Shown: one piece after another, positions 27,995 through 40,836 of the stretch
Layout: each line of letters opens with the position of its first letter
Position numbering within the stretch: position 1 is the stretch's first letter
Assembly: GCA_964016885.1 (NCBI GenBank)
Contig: CAXHJY010001741.1
Span: 88,716 to 152,715 of the forward strand
From: Eledone cirrhosa
Taxonomy: Eukaryota
Reading direction: 5' to 3'
DNA: 64,000 nt
Notes under the pieces: generated by a model
Seen by the model: the letters and a program-made list of their open reading frames with translations, nothing else
Told to the model about the DNA's origin: nothing
The model's database searches: none
Made by a program: the position numbers and the translations under genes

Positions 27995-28183
27995 ATAATT
28001 GTTTCTACTTTAGGCACAAGGCCAGCAATTATCCAGTGCATTACTGGTACTTTATTTTATCGACCCCGTAAGGATGAAAGGCAAAGTCAACCTCGGCGGG
28101 ATTTGAACTCAGATCGTAAAGGGACGTAACTATGCTGGAAAGCATGGCGTCCGACCCTCTACCGATACTGCCAATCCAACGCC
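27995..28183 (-). mobile_element. SINE family A copy with TSD
   Basis: Consensus match; flanking direct repeat ttacaattattataat. Confidence 0.88.
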
Positions 28184-31100
28184 TTTACAATTATTATAAT
28201 AATAACTAACAATGTTAGTTATTTGAATATGGCAAAGCCGGCCATTAATCGCTCGTATACATGAAACTGACTGGCCAAATCTGGCTGATCAGTAGGACTG
28301 CTAATATGCAGATCTGACTGATCAGTAACTCAGCTAATATGCAAATCAAGCCGATCAGTCACTGTATATTTTAGAAAATATATATTTTCAGTAGCTCTGA
28401 CACTTGGCAGGTAAGCAGTATACTGTACTGAAGAAGAGTAATCACCCAGAAATGTTAATGTCTGCAGTTCTGTTTACATGCCAACACAAGAACAAGAACG
28501 ACGATGTCATTCTATTGATATGGCTTTAAAGAGGCTGTTTGTATAATTGCAAATAAATCGAATATTATTATTAATATTCGAAAAACTCAGATTACATTTA
28601 TTATAATAATGTTTTATTTCAACAAAAGATGAGTAAATATAAATGGGTCTCCGTTCAAGTTTATGCGGAGTATTATATTTACTCAATAAAGTAATGTCTC
28701 AATTGCTGAGTATTTCAAAGACGCGTGTATTGTCAACGTAGAGAAGAATCAGCTTGATAAGCCCAGGCATTTGGATTATAGGTACCGTCTACCTGGCTGG
28801 TGGCTACAGTTTTGTGAGCTTAATTTCACTCAAAAGGCTTGAGTCATAGCAAAGACAATGGTCAGTTAAAATTTGACGCAGTGGGATCTAATCCAAGACT
28901 TTATGATTAAATAGCAAACTACTTCACCGCTCGTCTGTTCCTGCGTCTAAATAAGCGTCTAAAAAAAGTCTAATGTCTGTCCCCAGCATGAAAGGTCATC
29001 ATTGCCGGTACTTATCCCGGTCTCTGCGGCGTTAAGTTTCTGAAAGTACAAGACTTCCCCAAAGATAGGACACCAGTCCTTCGCAGGGTTAAACCCCGAA
29101 CAATTGCTGGATCTCGTCTTAAGCTGAGTATACTCGAGCAACGTAAAATGAAGTGTTTTGCTCAAAAATACAACACACAACCCAGTCCAAAATCGGACCC
29201 ACGACATTATGATTGTCATGATTGTAAGTCCAACATACTTACCACTAAGCCACGCGCCTTCACATACACTAAATAAGTGTAGAGCCTACAAAATACAATA
29301 AATGATTGTTACATATTTTATCAACCTGATTAGATTTGTACTCAGATCACAAATATACATAACTATATGCTTCAATGCATTTAGTCCAGCGCCCAGCTGT
29401 TCCGGCTCGACTACTGCCTATATCTTCTAGTAGTGATATGTCTGAACATCTCAAGACATTTAAACTCACGTCTAAATATTTTTCTAAAATTCCAACTAAT
29501 CATGGAACATCTAAGCAGTCACTCGACCTGATAGAAAAAGCAGCTAAATTTCTCTCAAATCATATGACACCGTTGTAGAAAAACAAGACTCATTAAATAA
29601 TATAGTCGCTGATGTAGTGTCTAGAAAAAAGACAAGAGGGTCACGGATAGAATGTTTTGGCTATGAATTAAACAATACCGATGACGACGATAACAACAAC
29701 AACGACAACAACAATGACGGCGACGATAACAACAACAACAACAACAGCAACTTTATAAAATACACTATCTACACTCATACAAACTCAAACTATCAATAGA
29801 TTTCTTCGAGTTCTTATGATTATCTTTGTAAATTTATATCTGACTGTCAATACAACTCTAGCAATCTGCATATTGGGCCATACACATACATATAGATACA
29901 TACACCCACATGAATAAGCACAGACACATACACTCCAACACCTACAGACACATACACACACATACGAATAATTTATCTAATATCCTTATCTGTCTTATGT
30001 CTTATCTTGCACACTCACAATATTCTAACATTTCTTTCATATGCTTTCTCTTCTTTTATTTTGTCTTTTTATGTTCTTTTTCTTATCTTTTTTCCTTCTT
30101 TCACTCATTCTTTTGTTTGTTTGTCTTTCCTTCTCTCATTTCTTTTATTTTCTTTTTGATATATATATATTTTATTTCTTCGTCTATAAACCACTTTATC
30201 ACGTTGTTCGTTCCTTCTCTCTTTATATTTACTTTTTTCTTCCACTTTATATTTCAATGCTTAACTCTCTGACTCTCGGATTAATTCTCCTTCTGTATGT
30301 ACGCCTGGCTGTCGAATGCCTATTCCTCCCACCTCGCTTTCTCTATCTATATGTATGACTGCATATTTATATGTCTGTCTCTTTCCCTCTACTAGTACGT
30401 CTCTATGTCTGCCTTTTTTCCATCTGTCTGTTTGTCTCTATGCCTGTCTCTTTCCATCTGTCTGTATGTCTGACTGCCAACGTTTCTCTGTCTCTTATTT
30501 AGTCTTTCATTTTCATTTTTTTCTTCATATCTGTTGTTCAACTTTTATTTTATACTTTCTTCCTTGTTGTGCGGTATTTTTCTAAATTTTATTCATTCAT
30601 TGATTCATTCTTTGTTAACATATCTATCTTTTTAACTTTTTCACTTCTTATATTCTTTCTTTCTTCTTTTCCTTCTTTCATTCCTTCATTCTTTTTCTTT
30701 CTTTCTTTGTCTTGCTGTTTCCTTTATTTCTGTTTCTCTTTCTTTCTTCCTTGCTTGCATTTGTTCTACATTTATTATTTCTTTCATATTGCAAATAAGG
30801 CAAAAACACACGAACCAACCAACAAACAAATAAAATATTGAATAAATAAAGCACTAAATAAGGATGATAAAAATATTAAATAAATACATAAAAAAGACGT
30901 TCAATTCTAAAATATGACTGAAAACAGAAATAGAAAATGTAAACAAAATGGCTGCCACGTAAAATGACGTTCGAACGGCAAGTAGATTTGTTAAGATATT
31001 TGGAAAGGTAAATAAATAAAACAAATATGGTGAAATCATTGCATTCAGCTACTTTCTCTTGATATTATCCGGTTATCTTAACTTGGTCTGATTGGCGGCT

Positions 31101-31400
31101 GATCTTACTAGCCTCAGGATTGAACATCTTAAGGGTATGATATTGTATCACAGCAAAAACACACGCATTTACTCAAACTCGGATGACACAAAAGTAAATA
31201 TACATATACATACACGCACACATACACAACTACACATACATATTTGTGTGCACACACATATATATGCATCTTAGTTCACACAATCACGCAGGCTCACAAA
31301 AAGAGAAATAATGAGCCAGTGTATACACACACACACACACACACATAGATGTATACACACTTTATGTCACTCTCTCTCCCACTCTCTCTCTCTCTCTATC

Positions 31401-31472
<72 letters not shown>

Positions 31473-31597
31473 TCTCTCTCTCTATATATATAAGAAAATG
31501 TTTTTTTTTTAAATAAAAAAACCCAGATGTCCTACACAGGTGTAGGAAATAGTTAAATATTCTTTAAAAGACTCCAGTTATATTTTCAATTTCTTTT

Positions 31598-31651
<54 letters not shown>

Positions 31652-31678
31652 ATATACATGCACAGAAGCACATACATA

Positions 31679-33079
31679 CATGGTGGCTGCCAACTCGTTT
31701 TCGAGTACGGCCACTACTTTATATCCATGTAGGAGAACTTCTACCGATGCGCTGAACGAGTGTGACTTTTTAGTCCAGCCAGCGACTTGAAAACTCTGGT
31801 ACAAACACTACACTTGTGATAATTATTGACACTTAGTGCTGGGCCAATGGTACCATGTGACGACAAGTGCAGAGAGATCTCCAGATATAAAGCAATGTCT
31901 GTGCCGTGAAGCTTTTATAGTGAGCAAAGGCACTGCACAAAGCCAGTCCCACTCTCTTAACCAAGATGATATTTACCAAAAAGAAGAACAAGTCAACATC
32001 ATTGGATACCATCAGGGTTGCAGGTGTTATATCAGAGTTTTCCTTCTCCTAGAATTCTGCCTTGACAAAGGCTAAGGGGTCATCTCTCCCGGTGATTTTG
32101 GATGGCCATTGACTCTTAAGAGCTCCTTTGCCCTTTGACAGGTTTTGTTTTTAGTCCTTCAGGATGTCCAAAGTCACCCTCCTCACCAAGAAACCTTGGT
32201 GGGGTTGCCAGTTTAGTCGCCAACGACCCGACCATGAGACAGGTTGTACTGGGATGCATGTTACCAGTAGCACCAACTGGTGACCAGACATACATACATA
32301 CATACATGCATACATACATACATACATACATACATACATACATACATACATACATACATACATACATGCATACATACATACATGCATACATACATACAAA
32401 CATACATACATACATACATACATACATACATACATACATGCATACATACATACATACATACATACATACATGGTGGCTGCCAACTCGTTTTCGAGTACGG
32501 CCACTACTTTATATCCATGTAGGAGAACTCCTACCAATGCGCTGAACGAGTGTGACTTTTTAGTCCAGCCAGCGACTTGAAAGCTCTGGTACAAACACTA
32601 CACCTGTGACAATTATTGACACATAGTGCTGGGCCCATGGTACCATGTGACGACAAGTGCAGAGAGATCTCCAGATATAAAGCAATGCCTGTGCTGTGAA
32701 GCTTTTATAGTGAGCAAAGGCACTGCACAAAGCCAGTCCCACTCTGTTAACCAAGATGATATTTACCAAAAAGAAGAACAAGTCAACATCATTGGATACC
32801 ATCAGGGTTGCAGGTGTTATATCAGAGTTTTCCTTCTCCTAGAATTCTGCCTTGACAAAGGCTAAGGGGTCATCTCTCCCGGTGATTTTGGATGGCCATT
32901 GACTCTTAAGAGCTCCTTTGCTCTTTGACAGGTTTTGCTTTTAGTCCTGCAGGATGTCCAAAGTCACCCTCCTCACCAAGAAACCTTGGTGCGGTTGCCA
33001 GTTTAGTCGCCAACGACCCGACCATGAGACAGGTTGTACTGGGATACACGTTACCAGTAGCACCAACTGGTGACCTGAC
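31679..33079 (-). mobile_element. Two tandem copies of the ~610-bp RTE-derived element separated by (TACA)n
   Basis: 31679-32289 and 32469-33079 align end to end with 22207-22805. Confidence 0.8.
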
Positions 33080-33445
33080 ATACAAACATACATACATACA
33101 TACATACATACATACATACATACATACACACATACATACATACATACATACATACATACATACATACATACATACATACATACATGATCACTGTCTTCAG
33201 CATGTTTGTCTTTGCGCTCCTTTTCTTTACAGGTTCAATGTCTCCAACTCCTAGGCACCGATAGCACTTTACTGTAGCACACAACAGCACCGGAGACAAA
33301 GAAAGAGACACTGGCTCTCTCTGTTATACCTTCCGAGTGACGAAATATACTTTCCTACCTTCCGATATATTTATATACATATCTTTGTATGTATGCATAT
33401 ATTCCTATAATTATAAATATATATCGATCTACCACTGTTAAACAA

Positions 33446-33520
<75 letters not shown>

Positions 33521-33521
33521 A

Positions 33522-33567
<46 letters not shown>

Positions 33568-33568
<1 letters not shown>

Positions 33569-34130
33569 TGTCGCGGGTGGGACCGATCCAGTTGACCACC
33601 GAGTTCATTGTCATGATCAAACCGCCACCCTCCTTCAAAAACGAAGGAGAGGCGGTTTTCCTTTGTGTGATAGCTATGGCGAAAGAGGTTGTTTGGTGGA
33701 CAAGGTTGAAAGGGCTGAGGTCAGACACCTTTCTCTCCGGCCAACAACTGATTCTTTTTTTCAAATACCACTTTGGAAGAAGAATCAGGATGGAGAGAGA
33801 GGTGCTGTACCCCAGCAAGTTTTATGAAAGGTGGGTGAAAGTGGCGAGAATGGCCCGAGTGAATGGGCCTTCTCTCTATATCAGCCTGTAGGTTGAGGAA
33901 AAGGAGGAGGAGAGGAAAGGAGTACAAACTCTTCGTACTCCTGGAGATGAGGGTTGCACATTTTTTTTCGGGGGTATGTGTTACCCATATAAACTGTCTC
34001 CCTCTATTGGGGAAAATCGACTAACTTTTTAAATTCCATTTGTGATAACATTTTACACGTTTTTATTGTATGTAAACTTCCCCCTTTGTACTTGTCCCCT
34101 TCTTTTGTGCCCCTGTGGCTAATAAAGAAA
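33568..34130 (+). mobile_element. 3' fragment of a Tx1/L1-type LINE inserted in (TCTA)n
   Basis: Encodes ...AMAKEVVWWTRLKG...FYERWVKVARMARV, same as 47474-47809(-); ends aataaagaaa followed by (TCTA)n, with (TCTA)n upstream. Confidence 0.85.
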
Positions 34131-34149
34131 TCTATCTATCTATCTATCC

Positions 34150-34180
<31 letters not shown>

Positions 34181-34486
34181 GATCATCTACCCATCTATTT
34201 ATTTATCTATCTATCACATGTATGTATGTATGTATGTATGTATGTATGTATGTATGTATGTATGTATGTATGTATGTATGTATGCATGCATGCATGCATG
34301 TATGTATGTATGTATGTATGTATGCATGCATGTATATATGTATGTGTATGTGTGTGTGTATGTATGTATGTATGTATGTATGTATGTATGTATGTATGTA
34401 TCTTTTTACCATTCTGTCCCCACCTTTCTGTTTTGGCAATGAGCCCTCATCACATAATCATCCTCACCAACATCACCTATCATCAC

Positions 34487-34520
<34 letters not shown>

Positions 34521-34521
34521 G

Positions 34522-34566
<45 letters not shown>

Positions 34567-34923
34567 GCGTCGTCGTCATTATCATCACCACCGTTATCGT
34601 AATCACGAATGGACAAAGTTGTCGGCTGAGGCAAAGCTTTAATCGATCGCACCCTTATCAAACATTCCACCTCGTACCCTACCTCGCACCCTTTCTACCG
34701 TCCTTAGCAACACCAGCCTCAACAACAACCACTATCATCATCATCATCATAGTCATCACCAGCTGCAGTAACACCACCACCAACAACACCACCACCAACA
34801 TCACCACCAACATCACCAAACAACAGAGAAGACAAGAACAACTACAGATCTTTGTCTAACTCCCTAACATCGATACCTTCCACACATACAGACACAGATA
34901 GACGCACACAAAGACACACACAC

Positions 34924-34998
<75 letters not shown>

Positions 34999-35343
34999 CA
35001 CACACACACACATATATATATATACACACACACACACACATACCGCGTATCTAAGTTTTTGTCTTATCTCTCGCCAGCCGCGTTCAAACTTTATCCTGAA
35101 TGCAATCTTATCACCAGAGTTTAGTTTCTGTCTCTGTCCCACTCTGTCTGTCTGTCTGCCTGTTTGGCTGTCTGTTTGTCCGTTTGACTGTTAGTTTCTC
35201 TTTTAGTCTAACACCTTATTTCAAACACTCTCCCCTGCTTTCTCTCACTTTCTTGTCAGTCTCTCTCTCTCTCTCTCTCCCTCTCTCTCGACACACATAC
35301 ACACACACACAAACACACACCCACAGACAAAGACACACACACG

Positions 35344-35377
<34 letters not shown>

Positions 35378-35520
35378 CACATAGACGTTTTCCCTTCTCC
35401 ATCTCTCTCAAGTTTTATCATGGCTTATCTAATATTTCATTCTAATTCTTTCTCTCCTCTCACTCTTTTCGTCTCTCTCACTCTTTTCGTCTCTCACTCT
35501 TTTCATCTCTCTCTCTTTTC

Positions 35521-35571
<51 letters not shown>

Positions 35572-35699
35572 ATACACTTTCCTTTTCTCCCCTCTCTATT
35601 TTCGTCTCTCTCTTTGTCTAATATATACTTTACTCCTCCATCATCTTTCCTTGTCTCTTTCTCTCAAACACACAGTCAGTTTCTTTGCTCACCTTCACT

Positions 35700-35702
35700 G
35701 TC

Positions 35703-35792
<90 letters not shown>

Positions 35793-36920
35793 CACATACA
35801 CACACCACACACACACTTTCTCTCTCGCTCACACATACACACACTCTCTCTATCTCACACACACTCTCTCTCCCTCACTCTCTCTCTCACCCACTATCTC
35901 TCTCTCTAACACACTCTCTCTATCTCACACACATTCACTCTCACACACACTCTCTCTCACTCTCTCTCTGTCACACACACACTCTCTCTCACACACACAA
36001 ACTCTCTCTCTCACACACTCTCTCTCACACACACACACTCTCTCTCTCTCACACATACACTCTCACACTCACACACTCTCTCTCTCACACACACACTCTC
36101 TCTATCACACACACACTCTCTCTATCACACACACACACAAACTCTCTCTCTGTCACACACACTCTCACACACTCTTTCTCACACACACACTCTCTCTATC
36201 ACACACACACTCTCTCTCTCTCACACATACACTCTCTCACACACCCTCTCTCACACACACACTCTCTCTCACACAACACTCTCACACACATACATACACT
36301 CTCACACACACTCTGTCTCACACACACACTCTCTCTCTCACACATACACTCTCACACACACTCTCTCTCACACAACACTCTCACACACATACATACACTC
36401 TCACACACACTCTGTCTCACACACACACTCTCTCTCTCACACATACACTCTCACACACACTCTCTCTCACACAACACTCTCACACACATACATACACTCT
36501 CACACACACTCTGTCTCACACACACACTCTCTCTCTCACACATACACTCTCACACACACCCTCTCTCACACACACTCTCTCTCACACAACACTCTCACAC
36601 ACACTCTCTCCCGCACACACACTCTCTATCACACACACGCATACATACACTCTCACACACACTCTGTCTCTCACACACACACTCTCTCTCTCACACATCC
36701 ACTCTCACACACACCCTCTCTCACACACACACTCTCTATCACACACACACACTCTCTCCCGCACACACACTCTCTATCACACACAAACATACATACACTC
36801 TCACACACACTCTGTCTCTCACACACACACTCTCTCTCTCACACATCCACTCTCACACACACCCTCTCTCCCACACACACTCTCTATCACACACACACCC
36901 TCTCTCCCACACACACCCTT
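35700..36920. repeat. Compound (CA)/(CT) array with a 99-bp higher-order repeat
   Basis: The ORF track shows a 33-aa period (HTHSLSHNTLTHIHTLSHTLCLTHTLSLSHIHS) at ~36270-36590. Confidence 0.9.
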
Positions 36921-37137
36921 TCTCCTTCTCTGCCGCTGTCTTTAACGATTATTTCATTGATGTTTCTACTCTTCTCTCTTTCTCCCGTCTCTCTCTTTCT
37001 AACACCTTCACCCTTTCCTTCTCTTATTCTTTATATTAGTTTCATTATTCCTACTTCTCCATTCACTCCCTCTCTCTCTCACACAGATACCTGCTCTTTC
37101 TTCACCTCTTGGCAATGGTCTTCTATTATTTCACTAT

Positions 37138-37198
<61 letters not shown>

Positions 37199-37201
<3 letters not shown>

Positions 37202-37402
37202 CTGAGTGGTTAGAGAACTGGATTCGCAATCGTGAGGTTGTCAGTTCGATTCCTGGACCGGGCGATGCGTTATGTCCTTGAGCAAGACACTTTATTTCAC
37301 GTTGCTCCTTCTACCTGGAGTTGCGACCGATAGATAGTATTAGCAATTGGAAAGACCAACGGAAACATTGTTTCCTCGGTCCGATTTGACGAAAGTCGAT
37401 CG
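37199..37402 (+). mobile_element. Full CORE-type SINE with alternative 3' tail (family B2)
   Basis: A box TGGCTGAGTGG, B box GTTCGATTCC, CORE-like tgtccttgagcaagacactttatttcacgttgctcc, then tail ttctacctggagttgcgacc...gacgaaagtcgatcg followed by (TA)n. Confidence 0.82.
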
Positions 37403-37442
<40 letters not shown>

Positions 37443-37462
37443 AAACACGCGCGCGCACACAC

Positions 37463-37505
<43 letters not shown>

Positions 37506-37872
37506 GTAATAATCATATTTTCTTTTTCATCCTCTTTTCTTCATCAAACTATTTTCATTCTCTCTCTCTTTCCAGCTCTCTCTTTACTCTCACATGTTAT
37601 CCTTTCACCTCTCTCTAGTTCTCTATCTATCTCTTCCACCCACATCCCCCTCTCTCTATCTCTTCAACATATCACTTAGTCAGCATTTCTTTCTCTATCT
37701 TATCACTTCTATTTATTTTATTCTTTATTTCCTCTTACAACCGAATACAAAACATATTTCTTCCCCTTGTTCCTGTTCATGTGTTCTGCTCATTGGTCTA
37801 TCCATCTGTTATTGCGGCATCTTTAGTTTCTTTGGCCAAGTATCATGCCCTCCATTGTATTGTCATTGTATT

Positions 37873-38028
37873 ATATGCTTTGATGCATAGAGTTACGGCC
37901 CTTGCCATTCTGAGTTCAAATCCCGCCTAGGTTAACTTTGCCTTTCATCCTTACGGGGTCGATAAAATAAAGTACCAGTAATGCACTGGAATAATTGCTG
38001 GCCTTGTGCCAAAAGTAGAAACAATTAT
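37873..38028 (+). mobile_element. SINE family A copy, 5' truncated
   Basis: B box, core and tail present. Confidence 0.85.
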
Positions 38029-38578
38029 ATTCGTATATTCGATCCATGATTGACAGTGAGACCTTATTAGGATCTAGACATTCCATTTACCATAAGGTCG
38101 TTCCTGATTTCTCTTTCCATGTATCTTATCTTATATACAGATTTTGTAAAGACACCATGTTCGTTGTCATGGCATTGAATTCTGTCTATGATTAACATTG
38201 AGGCAATGTTAGAATCTGATTCCTCTCCATTTACCATTCGGGCTGCTTCGATTTCTCTAACTGCTACTGACTTATTAAGCTGTTACTTTGTTTACCTCTA
38301 CCACTTTCCTGCTTTCTCGATATTTTTCTAGCATTCTCTCTTTCTTCCTCTTTCCTTCCCTCTATCTCCACCTCTCTTTCACTTGCACCTATTTCTCTCA
38401 CCTTCTTTGTCTCTGTTTGACCTTAACAGCCACTCTCTGCAATGTTATTTTCTTTTTTACTCGCCTTGGGTTCTTTTTTTTTTTTCTCTAGCCTTCTCTT
38501 CCCCTCTCTCTGTTATCAATATGCATATCTTTATTTTCCTACCCCCTCACGTAAACATTCTATAATCTCATTCCATCT

Positions 38579-38697
<119 letters not shown>

Positions 38698-38992
38698 TAT
38701 ATATGTGAAAAAAACCACAAACCATCCCTCTCAACTCTACTTTTGAAAAGTATAAGAACTGTGAAACCGGTAAAGGAAGCAAATAAATATTTTTTAAAAG
38801 ACTCCAGTTGCATTTTCGATTTCATCTTTTTTCCTTCGTGTAGGACATCTCGTTATTTTCATTAAAAAAAAACCCCTAATTTTCTTTATATATATATATA
38901 TATAAAATACAATATGTTGAAAAGGTAACACACTAGAGAGAGATATACAGTGCGCTATCAAATAATTTATCGTGATATATATATATATATAT

Positions 38993-39547
38993 AACACTAA
39001 GAACTTAAGTACAAAGAACCCCCAAAAAACAGTAGACAATACACTACAGAACATAAATAAACCACACCTAAGTTCGTCCGCAATACTACTCCAGAGAAAA
39101 CCCAACGTACACAACTGTAACTGCACCTATCCTGACAACTGCCCCCTCGGCAATAACTGCCTGGAAAAAAATATTATTTATAAGTGTACCATTAAATCCG
39201 GAGGCAACGAGTGGTATTACGTGGGATCAACGGCAACATCGTTTAAATCTCGATTGTATAGGCATTCTTACTCAATAAAACAACAGAGCCAAAGAAATGT
39301 AACAACTTTAGCAGAAAAAGCTTGGACGCTCAGGGATAGCAATCAAAAGTTTACCCTAAAATGGGAAAAATTAGCTAAAACCCAAAGCTTTTCCAGGAGC
39401 CAAAATTTCTGCAAATTGTGTAATCTTGAGATTTATTACATAATCACACACAAGAAGAAACTGCTGAATAACAGAATTGAACGAACATTATTCTGCCGTC
39501 ACAGAACTAAAACCCTTTTTTCCCACTACAAGCCGAATATTACATAA
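38993..39547 (+). pseudogene. 5'-truncated GIY-YIG endonuclease portion of the upstream Penelope copy
   Basis: Matches the C-terminal ~184 aa of 40837-43158 except one Q/H difference. Confidence 0.9.
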
Positions 39548-39864
39548 AAGAGGGACATCCCCCAACTATATAAACCTTAATCTAGTTAGAAAAATATAAA
39601 AACAATCTCTTCTCAACATATATTAATAACCTTAAATTACCATACTAATAATGAAAAGATATGCTGATGAGAATAGGTACAAATATGCGATAATGAATGT
39701 GTCTAAAAACGTCCATAAGTATGTATATATATGTGAAAATGTATATAAATAAGTAAATATATATATATGTTTGATGTGTATAGTTAGATGTAAGTGTATT
39801 CATGTATTAAAGTGCTTATATATATATATATATATGTGTGTATGTGTATATGTGTGTGTGTGGG

Positions 39865-39933
<69 letters not shown>

Positions 39934-40515
39934 ATGTATATATATATATATATGTGTATGTATGTATGTGTATGTGGATGTGTATGTATGCGTATGTGTG
40001 TACACATGGACTAGAGTATGTATGTATATATGTGTGTGTCTATACGTGTGTATATATAAAGATAAGTTGAGTATGAAAATGTATACACATGAGCGCGTAT
40101 GTATGTACATGAATACATGTGTGTATATATATGTGTATGCATGTGTATATATATGTAAGTATGAATATGTGAATTGTGAGTATATGTATTTTGTAGAGGT
40201 GTGCAAATATATTTGTGTGAATGCGTGGGTGAAAGAATACGTACACTTGAAAGAAAAATTTAAGTCTGAATGTTAAGTGCAAACACAAAACCAACCACGC
40301 ATATCTTTACTATCTCTAATCCTTCTATAGATTTAGAAAAATAACCAATAATATATTCCATAAAAAATGTCAAAACAACAGATGGGAATCTAATTACTCA
40401 CTGCCACCAAGAATTCTCACTGCTATCGAAAAACCACTCCTTCAACTATTCTTCTAACAACTTCACCCCTCCCTCCTAATATTCTCTATAAAAACTAAAT
40501 AGGTCCTCAGTAATA

Positions 40516-40632
40516 TTATTCTGATGAAATGACAGTAAATAATAACATTGAAATATTGAATGTCTGCATAACTAAAAGTTTGTAGATAGCTGTTTTAGGT
40601 TATGTAACTGTTATAGAAACACGTGTCAATAA
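40516..40632 (+). ncRNA. Hammerhead ribozyme in Penelope pLTR with a long helix II
   Basis: ttatt-CTGATGA-a-atgacagt-(70 nt)-actgttat-a-GAAA-CACGTG-TC-aataa. Confidence 0.82.
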
Positions 40633-40836
40633 ATTCCTTTCAACTAAACTGTATCCATTCAAATCTTTCTATTTTTCTCCGGATTACTTTTGGAACTACA
40701 ACTGGAACCGTCGAGCAAACTCTACGTGAGCTGATAATCTACTGTGTGTAATATTTATATTACAACACAACGGAAAATACTGTATATTTACCTCCTGTAA
40801 AGTCGAGCAACCCACACAGCAAACGCAACCACAACA

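Noticed and set aside
28425-28465. CTGAAGA...GAAATGTT as a hammerhead
   Set aside because: Helices I and II do not pair convincingly.
35420-37039. 539-aa and 443-aa His/Thr/Ser/Leu-rich ORFs
   Set aside because: CA/CT repeat artefacts with no domain and no splice context.
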